DNA from: Kofleriaceae bacterium
Lineage (GTDB): Bacteria > Myxococcota_A > Polyangia > Haliangiales > Haliangiaceae
Assembly (NCBI GenBank): GCA_046597055.1
Contig: JBKJLC010000278.1
Span: 25,766 to 89,765, forward strand
Reading direction: 5' to 3'
DNA: 64,000 nt
The stretch's first letter is position 1, and each line of letters begins with the position of its first letter. Under the pieces are notes generated by a model. The model saw only the letters and a program-made list of their open reading frames with translations, was not told where the DNA came from and did no database searches. Made by a program: the position numbers and the translations under genes. Shown here piece by piece: positions 9,969-19,820 of this stretch.

Positions 9969-10543
9969 CGGTAGAGTCCTCGTCGGCCGATATAACCGAG
10001 AACCGTGCGAGGCACTAGCCCCGAAGCATCCTCCCCGGCCTCGATCCGACGGCGCACCTCCGTCGACGACACCGCCGGCATCGCGAGCTCCGACACGTGC
10101 GCCCCGTCAGGCACGACCACGCCGCCGCGACCGACCACGATCGGCGGTGCGCGCCGGCACACCTCGTCCCACCGGTGCCACTTGCTGGTCTCGGCCAGGA
10201 TGTCGGCGCCGATGATCAACCGGACATCGAGCGTGGGCTCGGTCGCGGCGAGGTGCTCGAGCGCGTACAGGGTCCGGCTCTCGCCGCCGCGGGCGCGCGC
10301 GACCGCCTCCTCGATCCGCGACACCTTCGCACGGGGGCCGAGCGCCGCCACCGCCAGCTCGCACATCGCGACGCGATCCTCGTACGAGGCCAGCGTCTTG
10401 CCGAACGCGTGGCGCCAGGTCGGCGCCAGCCACAGCTCGTCGATCGGCGCGGTCTCGAGCATGGTCAGCCCGACCAGCAGGTGCGCCACGTGCGGCGGGT
10501 TGAAGCTGCCGCCGAACAGACCGACCGTACGCGCTGCCGTCAT
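9965..10543 (-). CDS. nadD: Nicotinate-nucleotide adenylyltransferase
   Basis: GLFGGSFNPPHVAH, IIGADI..WHRW, VSSTEVR motifs; ATG at 10543. Confidence 0.92.
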   Translation of the reverse strand: MTAARTVGLFGGSFNPPHVAHLLVGLTMLETAPIDELWLAPTWRHAFGKTLASYEDRVAMCELAVAALGPRAKVSRIEEAVARARGGESRTLYALEHLAATEPTLDVRLIIGADILAETSKWHRWDEVCRRAPPIVVGRGGVVVPDGAHVSELAMPAVSSTEVRRRIEAGEDASGLVPRTVLGYIGRRGLYR

Positions 10544-10571
10544 GCCGGGATCGTAGCCCAGGCCGCGCCGC

Positions 10572-11747
10572 CTACGCGTAGAGCAGGTACGGCCGTCGCG
10601 CGTCCTCGAACGCGCGCTCGGCGTCGGCCCAGGTCGCGGCCAGCTCGTCGAGCGATGCCCCGGCGTCGATCCCCGCGCGGACCTCGGCGCTGCCGGTGAG
10701 CAGATCGATCGCCGGGATCGTATCGACGAACTCGTAGGCGCGCGTCCGCCAGCCGAAGGCGTCGCCGCCGAGCCGCCGGCACGCGGCGAGCAACCCGATC
10801 CCGGTGCGGTACGGCCGGAACGCCGCGCGATCCGTGACATGGATCTGCACGCCGCCGCAGGCGCGGCCCGCGTGCTTCTGGAACATCGGCGTGAACGTGC
10901 ACGGCCGGAAGCGCGCGCCGGGCAGCCGTTCGGCGGTGAGCGCCGCGGCCAGCGCGTCGGGATCGACGAACGGCGCGCCGGCCAGCTCGAACGGCCGGGT
11001 GGTACCCCGCCCCTCCGACAGCTCGGTGCCCTCGATCAGACACATCCCCGGGTAGACCCGCGCGGTGTCGCAGGTCGGCATGTTCGGCGACGGCATCACC
11101 CATGGCAGCCCGGTGTCCTCGAACGTCATCGCGCGCTGCCAGCCGGCCATCGGCACGACCGTGAGATCGAGGTCGAGCCCCTCGACCGCGGCACGCCAGC
11201 GCGCGATCTCGCCGGCGGTCAGGCCGTGCCGGTTGGGACACGACACCAGGCCGACGAACGAGTCGTAGCCGGTCGCGATCGCGCCGCCCTCGACCCGGTC
11301 GCCGCCGAGCGGGTTGGGCCGATCCAGCACGACGAACGCCTTGCCGGCCGCGGCCGCCGCGCGCATCGCGAGCACCATCGTCCACACGAACGTGTAGTAG
11401 CGGCTGCCGACGTCCTGGACGTCGTAGATCAGCACGTCGACGTCGTCGAGCATCGCCGGCGTCGGCGCCAGCGACGCCAGCTCGTGTCCATACAGGCTGT
11501 GGACCGGCAGGCCGGTGCGCGCGTCGTGCGCGGCCTGCACGCCGATCATGTCCTGGGCGTCGCCGCGGACGCCGTGCTCGGGACCGAACAGCGCGGTGAC
11601 CGAGATTGCCGGGCGCGCGGCCAGCAGATCGACCATGTGGTCGAGCTCGGCGGTGACCGCGGTGGGGTTGGCGATGAGGCCCACCCGGCGCCCGCGGAGG
11701 GCGCGATCGTCGGCGAGGAGCTGCTCGAGACCGGTGGCTACGCGCAT
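10572..11747 (-). CDS. namZ: Exo-beta-N-acetylmuramidase NamZ (DUF1343/YbbC)
   Basis: LFGPEHG, YDVQDVGSRYYTF, VLDRPNP, RHGLTAGE, WVMPSPNMP, SEGRGTTRPFE. Confidence 0.93.
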   Translation of the reverse strand: MRVATGLEQLLADDRALRGRRVGLIANPTAVTAELDHMVDLLAARPAISVTALFGPEHGVRGDAQDMIGVQAAHDARTGLPVHSLYGHELASLAPTPAMLDDVDVLIYDVQDVGSRYYTFVWTMVLAMRAAAAAGKAFVVLDRPNPLGGDRVEGGAIATGYDSFVGLVSCPNRHGLTAGEIARWRAAVEGLDLDLTVVPMAGWQRAMTFEDTGLPWVMPSPNMPTCDTARVYPGMCLIEGTELSEGRGTTRPFELAGAPFVDPDALAAALTAERLPGARFRPCTFTPMFQKHAGRACGGVQIHVTDRAAFRPYRTGIGLLAACRRLGGDAFGWRTRAYEFVDTIPAIDLLTGSAEVRAGIDAGASLDELAATWADAERAFEDARRPYLLYA

Positions 11748-11820
11748 CTGGTTCCAGGCGGGAGGGCCGCAGGCGCGGACGTGACCGACGGCTTACGTAG
11801 GTGCTTCCGTGAGCGCCCGG

Positions 11821-13323
11821 TCAGAAGATCGGCACCGGCTTGAGCGTGACCTTGCCGTCCTTCATGACGACCCGGAAGCGCACGGCCTTGCAGTTGTACT
11901 GGCCCTTGAGCTTGCCCTCGTTCACGCGCAGCTTGGCGATGAAGCCCTCGAAGCTGACCTCGTCGGGGTTGCCCGACTGGCGACGCGCCTCGACGTAGTC
12001 GGTGTAGACGCGCTTGTAGTAGTCGGGCTCGGGCTCGCGGGCGAGCGCAGCCAGCTCCGGATCGTTGCCGCCGGTGGCCGGCTTGTCGCTCTCCTCGTCG
12101 AACTCCACCCGGCCCGAGATGATCGGGTTGCCGTCCTCGTCGAACTCCTCGTCGCCGGGCTCGGGCCGCCCGAGCAGGCGCGCCAGCATCACGTTGAGCC
12201 CGTTGGCCAGGCCGTCGAGCTCCTCGCCGACCGGCCGGAACGTGCGCTCGAGGTTGCCGTTGATGATCTCGTTGACGCCGACCTCAAGCTCGTCGACCTG
12301 ATCGAGGATGCGGCGGGTCGACAGGAACATGCCGGCGAGCGCGAGCACCAGCGCGACCCCACCGAGGACGAGGATCATGCGGCCGCTGTTGCCGACGTCG
12401 CCGCGGACGGTCGGCGCCAGCACCAGGACGCCGGCGGTGACCGGCGGATAATCCTTGAGCAGCTCCGGGTTCGACGTGATGCGCGGCATGCGCACCGCCG
12501 CGACCAGGTAGGTCGATTCGGCGACGGTCGTCCGCACCCGCGGGGCCTGGCCCTTGGTCAACGCGGTCGTGACCAGGTCGCCCTGCTTGAGCACCGCCGA
12601 CAGCGCGCCCTGCATGCCGGTGTCCTCGGTGTTCTCGCCCTTGCGGAAGCTGGTCGCGTAGACCTGGCCGTTGTCGAAGTACGCGATCTCGGCGCCGAGG
12701 ACCGCGTGCTCACCGCGGGCCGCCTTCGACGACTGCGCGTACGCGAGCACGACCGCCCCGATGATCTTGGCGCCGCCGTCGGTCTGGGTTCCGCCGGGGT
12801 CGACGACGGTGGCGACGCCGACGCGCATCAACCCCTTGCCCGGATAGTTCCAGATCTCGGAGAGGTAGACCTTCTTCTTGAGCGCGAGCGCGAGCCCGGG
12901 CCAGGCGACCTTGCCGTCCTTGCCCTTCAGCTCGCCGGCGACCGGGTTATTGACCCGGTCCATCGCGACGATGTTGCCGGTCTCGTCCACCAGCGCGAGC
13001 AGGTCGGGCTCGGCGCCCTCCTTCTGGGCTCGGAAGCGCTGGAACGCGAGGTCCGCGTTCCGGACGCGGTCCATGCTGGTGTCGGTCACCAGCGCTGCGA
13101 TCACCTCTTCCGTCTTGGCGAGGCCCTCGACCTTCTTGAAGGTGTCGAGGGCAACGAGGGTGGCGTTGTTGCCGGCCTGCTGCGGCAGGCGACCGAGTTG
13201 CATCATGGACTCGGCGTCCCTGCGGACCCGATCCTGCAACCCCGATGTGACGACAAAATACGTGACCGCGGTCACCGCCGCGATCGCGATCGCGACGATA
13301 CCGCCGATGACCGTGCGGGACAT
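11821..13323 (-). CDS. Membrane protein: TM-extracytoplasmic Cache-like domain-TM-HAMP-like segment + MXAN_5187-type C-terminal domain
   Basis: Two TM helices, HAMP-like segment (GNLERTF...LANGLNVML) and C-terminal YYKRVYTDYVEARR...VRFRVVMKDGKVTLK. Confidence 0.75.
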   Translation of the reverse strand: MSRTVIGGIVAIAIAAVTAVTYFVVTSGLQDRVRRDAESMMQLGRLPQQAGNNATLVALDTFKKVEGLAKTEEVIAALVTDTSMDRVRNADLAFQRFRAQKEGAEPDLLALVDETGNIVAMDRVNNPVAGELKGKDGKVAWPGLALALKKKVYLSEIWNYPGKGLMRVGVATVVDPGGTQTDGGAKIIGAVVLAYAQSSKAARGEHAVLGAEIAYFDNGQVYATSFRKGENTEDTGMQGALSAVLKQGDLVTTALTKGQAPRVRTTVAESTYLVAAVRMPRITSNPELLKDYPPVTAGVLVLAPTVRGDVGNSGRMILVLGGVALVLALAGMFLSTRRILDQVDELEVGVNEIINGNLERTFRPVGEELDGLANGLNVMLARLLGRPEPGDEEFDEDGNPIISGRVEFDEESDKPATGGNDPELAALAREPEPDYYKRVYTDYVEARRQSGNPDEVSFEGFIAKLRVNEGKLKGQYNCKAVRFRVVMKDGKVTLKPVPIF

Positions 13324-13457
13324 GAGGCCTCCAGCCTTCGCGGATTATCCGGGCCGCGTGAATTGAGAGTCAATGCAACCGCGCCGCTTTGCGTCTCGCC
13401 GCGGTCTGGCGCTGGCGCGCGGCCCGCCCATCGCGCGTCGTTCCAACCATCGCATGC

Positions 13458-15164
13458 TCAGCCCCCACCCTGCTTCACGGCGGCGGCCAGCTCGGGCGCA
13501 AAACACGGCTTGATGCCGTTGTAGATGCAGACGATCTCCGCCACGGCCTCGGCGAGGATCGGCTCGAGCAGCGCATCGTCGTCGACGATGAGCAGCGTGG
13601 TCTCGCTCACCCGGAAATATTGCAAGAGATCTTTGCAGTCGTCGGGCGCGGCGCCGTCGAACGTACGTGGGTCGCACAGCACGGTGCGCGGGACGACCTG
13701 GACCGTCAAGTGCGCGGGGTACTTGAAGTCGCGCGGCGCGGCCTTCACGCGCGGTAGCGCGTTCTTTACCTTCCGGTACGCGGCGCCGACCACGGCCGGC
13801 CCCAGGTCGTTCGGCGCCGCGACCCGCACGACCAGCTGATCATCGGGCAGCTCGACCGACGCGCGCCAGGTGACATCGGCGGGCTGGAACTCCTTCGCGA
13901 CCGGCGCCGGCGCGGCATCGGGCGCAGCCCCGTCGGCGCGGCGGCCCTGCACGAACGCGAACACCCCGACCCCGACCGCCGAGGCGAGGACCAGGCCGCC
14001 TAGCCCGAGCCACAGGTTGGCGCGGCTGCGACGCGCCACCCCGCCGGGCTCGAGCCGATCGGCGAGCCCGCCCAGGTGGCTCTCCGCGGGCACCGCGCCG
14101 GCCGAGGTCACCAACGTCGACCGGGTCGTCGGCATCGACGCCGTCGGCGCCTGGCGGCCGAGCGCCGGGTTCCGGGTCGGGGCCCGCACCCGCGCGCGGG
14201 CAACCGCGTCGCGCGGCACGCGCTGCGTCTCGGTCAGCCCGAGGTCGGAGTCCGTGAGGATGGTCTCGAGTTCCTTGCGCAGGTCGCGCGCGCTGTCCCA
14301 GCGGTCGTCGGCCCGCTTGGCCATCGACCGCACGATCGCAGCCTCGAGCGCCGGCGGGATCTCGACGCCGTGGCCGCTCGGGGGGACCAGCGCCTCGGAG
14401 AGGTGCTTGGTCATGATCTCGAAGTGGGTGTTGCCGTCGAACGGCGTCTCGCCGACCACCGCCTCGTAGAGCGTCGCGCCCAGCGAATAGATGTCGGACC
14501 GCGCGTCCACGTCGTGGCCACGCACCTGCTCGGGCGACATGTAGCGCACCGTGCCCATGGTCTGGCCGGTCGCGGTCAGCCGGGTCGACGTCGTCATCTT
14601 GGCGATGCCGAAGTCCATCACCGTCGCGGTGCCGTCGTCGGCACGCACCAGCACGTTCGACGGCTTCATGTCGCGGTGGATGATCCCACGGCCATGGGCG
14701 TACTCGAGCGCGCGCAGCACGTCGATCGCGATCCGGGTCGCGGTCGGCCAGTCCTGCCGCTCGCTGTCCAGGATCAGGCGCTCCCAGGTGTCGCCGGCGA
14801 CGAGCTGCATCGCCAGGACGAAGCTGCCGTTCTCCTCGCCGAAGTTGTAGAGGTGGACGATGTTGGGGTGGTCGAGCTGCGCGAGCGCGCGCGCCTCCTC
14901 GACGAACCGGGACTTGACCTGGCTGTACGCGGCCAGATCGGGCGGCAGCACCTTGAGCGCGACGTCCTGATCGGTCAGCGTGTGGCGACCGCGGAAGACG
15001 ACGCTCATGCCACCCTGGCCGAGCACGTCCTCGATCCGGTACTGCCCGAGCACGGTCGTGCCGATCATCCGGTGCGCGCCGGTCGGGCCCACGGCGCCGC
15101 CACACGCCTTGCAACGGACGTCGATCTCGAGGACCTCGGCGCCGCAGCTCGGGCAGGTCGGCAT
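13458..15164 (-). CDS. Membrane Hanks-type Ser/Thr protein kinase with N-terminal zinc ribbon
   Basis: CPSC..CKAC ribbon, LGQGGMSVV, VALK, HRDMKPSN, DFGIAK, GTVRYMSPEQ, one TM helix and an extracytoplasmic domain. Confidence 0.93.
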   Translation of the reverse strand: MPTCPSCGAEVLEIDVRCKACGGAVGPTGAHRMIGTTVLGQYRIEDVLGQGGMSVVFRGRHTLTDQDVALKVLPPDLAAYSQVKSRFVEEARALAQLDHPNIVHLYNFGEENGSFVLAMQLVAGDTWERLILDSERQDWPTATRIAIDVLRALEYAHGRGIIHRDMKPSNVLVRADDGTATVMDFGIAKMTTSTRLTATGQTMGTVRYMSPEQVRGHDVDARSDIYSLGATLYEAVVGETPFDGNTHFEIMTKHLSEALVPPSGHGVEIPPALEAAIVRSMAKRADDRWDSARDLRKELETILTDSDLGLTETQRVPRDAVARARVRAPTRNPALGRQAPTASMPTTRSTLVTSAGAVPAESHLGGLADRLEPGGVARRSRANLWLGLGGLVLASAVGVGVFAFVQGRRADGAAPDAAPAPVAKEFQPADVTWRASVELPDDQLVVRVAAPNDLGPAVVGAAYRKVKNALPRVKAAPRDFKYPAHLTVQVVPRTVLCDPRTFDGAAPDDCKDLLQYFRVSETTLLIVDDDALLEPILAEAVAEIVCIYNGIKPCFAPELAAAVKQGGG

Positions 15165-15329
15165 GTCGCCAGAGAAGTCTACCTCGCGACGCACGGCGCC
15201 GTCGCCCGACAGCGCGTCCAACCTGGTCTCGGCGGGACCGGGCGCCGCCGACCTGCGGCGGAGATCTAATGATGAATGATGGATGTGCCGGCCGACGGTC
15301 AGCCGGCGATCATCCGGCGATCATCCGTG

Positions 15330-16196
15330 TCAGAACGTGACCATGCCGCCGAGGCGGAGCCGCGAGTAGCTCTCGCCCTCGTCGTCGGGGATCACCGAGC
15401 GGGCCAGCGGCGTGGCGCCCGCGGGCGCCGGCTCGGCGCTGTCGTTCAGGCTCTCGCGCGAGCCGAGGCGCATGTCGCCGAACAGCGTGATGCGGTCGGT
15501 CATCCGCCAGCGCAGGCCGGCGCCGATCTCCGCGATCGCCTGGTTGTCCTCCCAGCCGCCCTCGACCTCGACCTGGGTCGAGCCGATACCGGCCGTCACG
15601 TACGGCGCGAGCCGCCGGCGCGCGCCGAGCTCGAGGTTGGCGCCGAGCAGGATGCGTCGGTCGACGCGGTCGCCACCGGCCAGCGTGTTCTTCGCGATCT
15701 CGGCCTCGAGCAGCAACGGACCTGACAGGCGCAGCTGACCGACCAGGCCGAGGTCCTCGCCCTCGTGCTCGCCACCGACGCTGACGCCGCCGAGGAACGC
15801 GCCGAGGCCGAAGCGCGGCAGCGGGTTCTCGGCGACGACGACCACCTGGCTGCCGACGTACGGCGCGGGCGCGATCGGCGCGTAGTAGCCGTTGTCGCAC
15901 TGGCAGTCGACCGGCGGCGGCGGCGGCTGCGCGAAGGGTCGCTCATAATAGTAGCCGCCACCGATCCAGATGGATCCGCCGATCACGATCGGGCGGTGAC
16001 GGTACGTGCGGTAGGGGCGAAACGGGCGGAACGGGCGCACGTGGACCCGGGGGCCACCGATGCGAACGTGGGCGCGGGCGCTGCCCCCGATGCGGACGCG
16101 CACGTCGGCCGAGGCCTCGGTGGCGGTCGTCATGGCCATGGCGCCACCCAGCGCGATGGCCAAGCCCAGGGTCCCCAGCAGGCGGTTCGTGATCAC
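15330..16196 (-). CDS. Outer-membrane beta-barrel protein with Arg/Pro/Tyr-rich N-terminal extension
   Basis: Signal peptide (ASA), alternating beta-strands (PYVTAGIG; EIGAGLRWR), C-terminal Phe (GGMVTF), AAGGAG RBS. Confidence 0.75.
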   Translation of the reverse strand: MITNRLLGTLGLAIALGGAMAMTTATEASADVRVRIGGSARAHVRIGGPRVHVRPFRPFRPYRTYRHRPIVIGGSIWIGGGYYYERPFAQPPPPPVDCQCDNGYYAPIAPAPYVGSQVVVVAENPLPRFGLGAFLGGVSVGGEHEGEDLGLVGQLRLSGPLLLEAEIAKNTLAGGDRVDRRILLGANLELGARRRLAPYVTAGIGSTQVEVEGGWEDNQAIAEIGAGLRWRMTDRITLFGDMRLGSRESLNDSAEPAPAGATPLARSVIPDDEGESYSRLRLGGMVTF

Positions 16197-16503
16197 GGCG
16201 TGGCTCCTTGACGGTAACTAGACGGGTACGGCCGAGTCGATTCTGACCAGAGACGTGCGACCGAGAGCTTCGGTTTACTTCGAACTTTGCATCCCCTGCG
16301 CCACCGCCGGGTCCGGATGCCCCGGTCCCCGTCGCTTCGGGGCCGCGGAGCGTTGGAGCCAGGTTACATCGCCGAGTTAGCTCGCGCTCGTCCTCAGTGT
16401 GAACGGGTCTTCACGCTCCACGTGCCGGGCGTGCAACAAGCGGCACGCACCTGTGTCCGGCCGCACGAGTGAGTCCGAAGTGTCCCGAATGGTTTGGCTA
16501 TGC

Positions 16504-16532
16504 TTGACGTGCGCACCTCGGGTCCATACAGT
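16504..16532 (+). promoter_or_regulatory. Sigma70-type promoter for the 16556 gene
   Basis: TTGACG (16504-16509), 17 bp spacer, TACAGT (16527-16532); GGGAGA RBS before the TTG start at 16556. Confidence 0.6.
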
Positions 16533-16555
16533 CGCCGCCGGATCGGGAGACACCA

Positions 16556-17839
16556 TTGAGCCAGCCCCCAAAGAAGTCGGGTAGCCGTGACATCAACGAG
16601 CTGAAGGCTCGTCTGGGCCTCAAAAAAAGCGGGGCCACGCCGCAAGCCCGTCCCAACGGGAGCGGCGGAGTAGCCCCGCCGCCAGGCCTGAACGTGCCGC
16701 CCCCACCCGGGGCGGCACCGCCACCGCCCCCGATGCCCAACGCAGCCGACGATCCGTTCGGCGCGATGAACGCGATGGCGCAGATCGGGACGTCGCAGCG
16801 GGCTCCCGAGATCGTCATCGTTAATGATGGGCGTCCGGTCGAGAGCGTCAGCGCCGGCACCCAGGCCGCGACCATCGGCAAGTACGTCGCGATCGCGCTG
16901 GTACCGTTCATCATCGGCATCGCGATCCGCGGCGTCTCCAAGGATGCCTCGTCCTACAACGACGGCATCAAGGGCGCCCAGTACCTGATCAAGGACGTCA
17001 AGGCGGTGAAGAAGTCGTTGGTCGTGGTGCGCGACAAGCTCGCCGCCGACGGCAAGAAGGACCGCGCCGGCAAGGAAGCGACCGCCACGCTCAAGGCCAT
17101 CAAGGACCTGGAGCTGCGGACCGGCGACGTCTTCAAGTACAAGCAGAACCTCGGCGCCGAGCTGGCGCGTGAGGTGATGGACTACTACTCGAGCGTCGCG
17201 ACGCTGCAGATGATGGTCAACGAGCACCTCGAGACCGCCCGCAGCGAGGACCTGCTGATCACCGCCGCCCGCGCCAACTCCGAGAAGGCGATGCTTCCGA
17301 CCAACGACGCCTTCCAGAAGGCGGTCGGCTACAAGTACGGCGTGCTGGTCTGGAACCCGAGCGAGGAGGAGGCGCAGTCGTCGCAGTCCGCGTTCGGCGC
17401 CCGCCTGGTCGAGCTTGGCCCGCCCTACTGCGCCGGCTCGGACAAGGTCTCGACGTCCGGAACCTGCCCGGACCCGGAGAAGCCGGTCGAGACCCTGTCG
17501 TATCGCGACGCGCCCGGCGCGGTGTGGCAACGGGCCGACTTCGCGATCCCCGGCCGCGACCTCAATCCGGGCGCCGCGATTCCGCCCAAGAAGGTGCTGG
17601 TCATGTCGCCGAACGGCGTGCTCACCACGCTGGTCGGGGAGTGCGCCGGCGGCGCCGACAAGGCCACCGAGGGTGGTTGCCAGCGCAACATCGGCGGCGC
17701 CGCGGCCGAGGCGGCCTACCGCAAGCGCCTGACGACGATCAGCAAGCGGCTCGAGGAGACCGTCGAGATGGCGAACAAGGTCGAGCAGCGCCTGTCGCCC
17801 AAGTCGAACGAGTCCGACCGCTTCTCGTTCTTCATGTAG
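16556..17839 (+). CDS. Bitopic membrane hypothetical protein (Pro-rich N-terminus, helical extracytoplasmic part)
   Basis: TTG start with RBS, strong coding bias, single TM helix (YVAIALVPFIIGIAI), two Cys pairs. Confidence 0.8.
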   Translation: MSQPPKKSGSRDINELKARLGLKKSGATPQARPNGSGGVAPPPGLNVPPPPGAAPPPPPMPNAADDPFGAMNAMAQIGTSQRAPEIVIVNDGRPVESVSAGTQAATIGKYVAIALVPFIIGIAIRGVSKDASSYNDGIKGAQYLIKDVKAVKKSLVVVRDKLAADGKKDRAGKEATATLKAIKDLELRTGDVFKYKQNLGAELAREVMDYYSSVATLQMMVNEHLETARSEDLLITAARANSEKAMLPTNDAFQKAVGYKYGVLVWNPSEEEAQSSQSAFGARLVELGPPYCAGSDKVSTSGTCPDPEKPVETLSYRDAPGAVWQRADFAIPGRDLNPGAAIPPKKVLVMSPNGVLTTLVGECAGGADKATEGGCQRNIGGAAAEAAYRKRLTTISKRLEETVEMANKVEQRLSPKSNESDRFSFFM

Positions 17840-17900
17840 TGCCGGCGGCCTCCGGCCGTCGGGCGCTGACGCACTCTCCGTGCTGACCGCGCGGGAGCGA

Positions 17901-18836
17901 TCAGGCGAGCAGGTCGACCAGGCGAACGCCGTGGGTCGACACCCCGGCGGCGCGACGCACGCCGGTGCCGTCGTCGCGGACCGCGGCGAAGGCCATCGTG
18001 GCGGTGTCGTGCACGGCGGCCAGCCCGCCGCGCGGATCGATGCAGATCACGCCGCCGTGACCACGGCCGCGGCGCGCCAGCTCCGCGAGCGCCGCGGCAG
18101 CCGCCGCGTCGGGTGGCTCGCCGCGACCGAGGCGATCGGTCAGCCCGCGCGTGAGCCCGACCCGGATGATCGCCTCGCCGTCGCCGGTGGCCGAGGCGGC
18201 GCCAGCGGTGTCGTCGGCCCACGTGCCGGCGCCCGGCAGCGGGGTGTCGCCGACCCGGCCAGGCCGCTTGTAGTTGGTGCCGCCGGTCGAGGTCGCGGCG
18301 GCGACGTGCCCGGCCCGATCGAGGGCGACCGCGCCGACGGTGCCGCCGTCGCGCGCGACGGTCGCGAGAGCGAGCGCCCGCCGCTCGTGCTCGGCCTGCC
18401 AGCGTGCGCGGGCCCGCTCGGTGACGAGCGATCCCGGCGGCGCCGGCGTGATGCCGCGCTCGCGGGCGAAGGTCCAGGCGGCGGGACCGGCGAGCAGCAC
18501 GTGCTCGCCGTCGTCGAGCACCGCGCGCGCCAGCTCGATCGGCCGCGCCAGGTCGGGGACCGCCGCGACCCCTCCGATCGCCAGCGAGGTGCCGTCCATG
18601 ATCGCGGCGTCGAGCTCGACGGTGCCGTCGCGGGTCAGGACCGCGCCGGTGCCCGCGTTGAGCTCGGGATCATCCTCGAGGACGCGGACCGCCGCCTGGA
18701 CCGCATCGAGCGCGCTGCCCCCGGCAGCCAGGATCGCGAAGCCGACGGCGGCCGCGGCCGCGCAGCCGTCGCCGAGCCGGGCGTGCCGATCGGCGGAGAT
18801 CGCGCCGGCCCCGCCGTGCACGACCAGCGTGATCAC
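17901..18836 (-). CDS. iaaA: Isoaspartyl peptidase / L-asparaginase (Ntn hydrolase)
   Basis: LVVHGGAG, LEDDPELNAG, ELDAAIMDG, GTVGAVA (Thr nucleophile), TSTGG, GRVGDTP, TGDGE. Confidence 0.92.
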   Translation of the reverse strand: MITLVVHGGAGAISADRHARLGDGCAAAAAVGFAILAAGGSALDAVQAAVRVLEDDPELNAGTGAVLTRDGTVELDAAIMDGTSLAIGGVAAVPDLARPIELARAVLDDGEHVLLAGPAAWTFARERGITPAPPGSLVTERARARWQAEHERRALALATVARDGGTVGAVALDRAGHVAAATSTGGTNYKRPGRVGDTPLPGAGTWADDTAGAASATGDGEAIIRVGLTRGLTDRLGRGEPPDAAAAAALAELARRGRGHGGVICIDPRGGLAAVHDTATMAFAAVRDDGTGVRRAAGVSTHGVRLVDLLA

Positions 18837-19813
18837 GGCGCCGCTCCGTCGGCGGCGCAGCGAAAGCCGACGATGACGTGGCGCGCCTCGCGCGGACGTC
18901 CGTGCCAGGCAGCGCCGCGGCCGAGGCCGCCCCAGTCCTCCCAGGCCGAGCCCTTGACGGTCATGGTGGTCGGGCGCGCCGCGGCCGGTGCCGGCGCGCG
19001 AGGCGGCCACGGAGTCGAGGTCCACTCGAACACGTTGCCGGCGGTGTCGAGCACGCCGAACGGGCTGGCCGCGTCAGGGTAGCTGCCGACCGGGACGGTG
19101 TCGCGCGGGCCACCGACCGCCGAGTTGAGCCGGCTGGGGGCGAAGGTCGCGCCCCATGGATAGGCGAAGCCCTCGTCGCCGCGGGCCGCCTTTTCGCGCT
19201 CGTGCGCCGACGGCAACCGGCGCGGCGCCGAGACGACCTGGCCGCGCCACACGCAGTACGCCGCGGCGTCGTCCCACGCGATCAGGACGACCGGATGGTC
19301 CTCGCGCTCGGCCGGCGGCCGGCCGTCGTTCCACAAGAACCGGGTGACCTCCTCGGGCCAGCGCTGGCGGAACCCCGACGCCTTCCAGGTCGCCTCGTCC
19401 ATGGTCGGCGCCGGTGCGCCGCCGTCGCCGACGAACTCGGCGTAGGCCGCGTTGGTGACCGGCATGAGGTCGATCCGGAACGTCGGCAGCTCGACGATGT
19501 GGCGCTCTTCTTCCTTCTCGAACCACGCCTTGGCGCGCGCGCCGTCGTTTCCCGACGTGTCGCGGTGCGCGTCGTAGGCATCCGAGCGCTCCTCGGGCGT
19601 CGAGCCGGCGATCGAGCGACTCGCCGGCACCGGCACCATCTGCGCGTCGGCGGCGGTCGACAGCGGCGCCGCACCGCCGCGCCACGCGACCGGCCGCGCC
19701 GGCGTGGACGTGGTCGCCGGCAGCGGATCCGACGGTGCGAGCGGAGGGCGCTCGGGGCCGCAGGCCGCGGCCAGCATCAGGAACACCGCGCGCGTCCGAA
19801 ATCCTCCACCCAT
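18833..19813 (-). CDS. FGE-sulfatase (SUMF1/EgtB/PvdO) domain lipoprotein
   Basis: Lipobox AAAC; VTNAAY, HPVV.I.W.DA..YC.W, RLPSAHEREKAARG, YPWG, GNVFEW, GFRCA. Confidence 0.88.
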   Translation of the reverse strand: MGGGFRTRAVFLMLAAACGPERPPLAPSDPLPATTSTPARPVAWRGGAAPLSTAADAQMVPVPASRSIAGSTPEERSDAYDAHRDTSGNDGARAKAWFEKEEERHIVELPTFRIDLMPVTNAAYAEFVGDGGAPAPTMDEATWKASGFRQRWPEEVTRFLWNDGRPPAEREDHPVVLIAWDDAAAYCVWRGQVVSAPRRLPSAHEREKAARGDEGFAYPWGATFAPSRLNSAVGGPRDTVPVGSYPDAASPFGVLDTAGNVFEWTSTPWPPRAPAPAAARPTTMTVKGSAWEDWGGLGRGAAWHGRPREARHVIVGFRCAADGAAP

Positions 19814-19820
19814 GCGCGGA

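Noticed and set aside
13344..13373. TTGACT-N18-GATAAT possible promoter for the 11821-13323 gene
   Set aside because: Plausible, but the spacing and -10 are imperfect; not enough to list as a feature.
16622..16629. A7G run as a possible programmed -1 frameshift or phase-variation tract
   Set aside because: It reads CTC AAA AAA AGC in frame, so AAAAAAG is not in X-XXY-YYZ register. The ORF is intact and A-rich codons near 5' ends are common.
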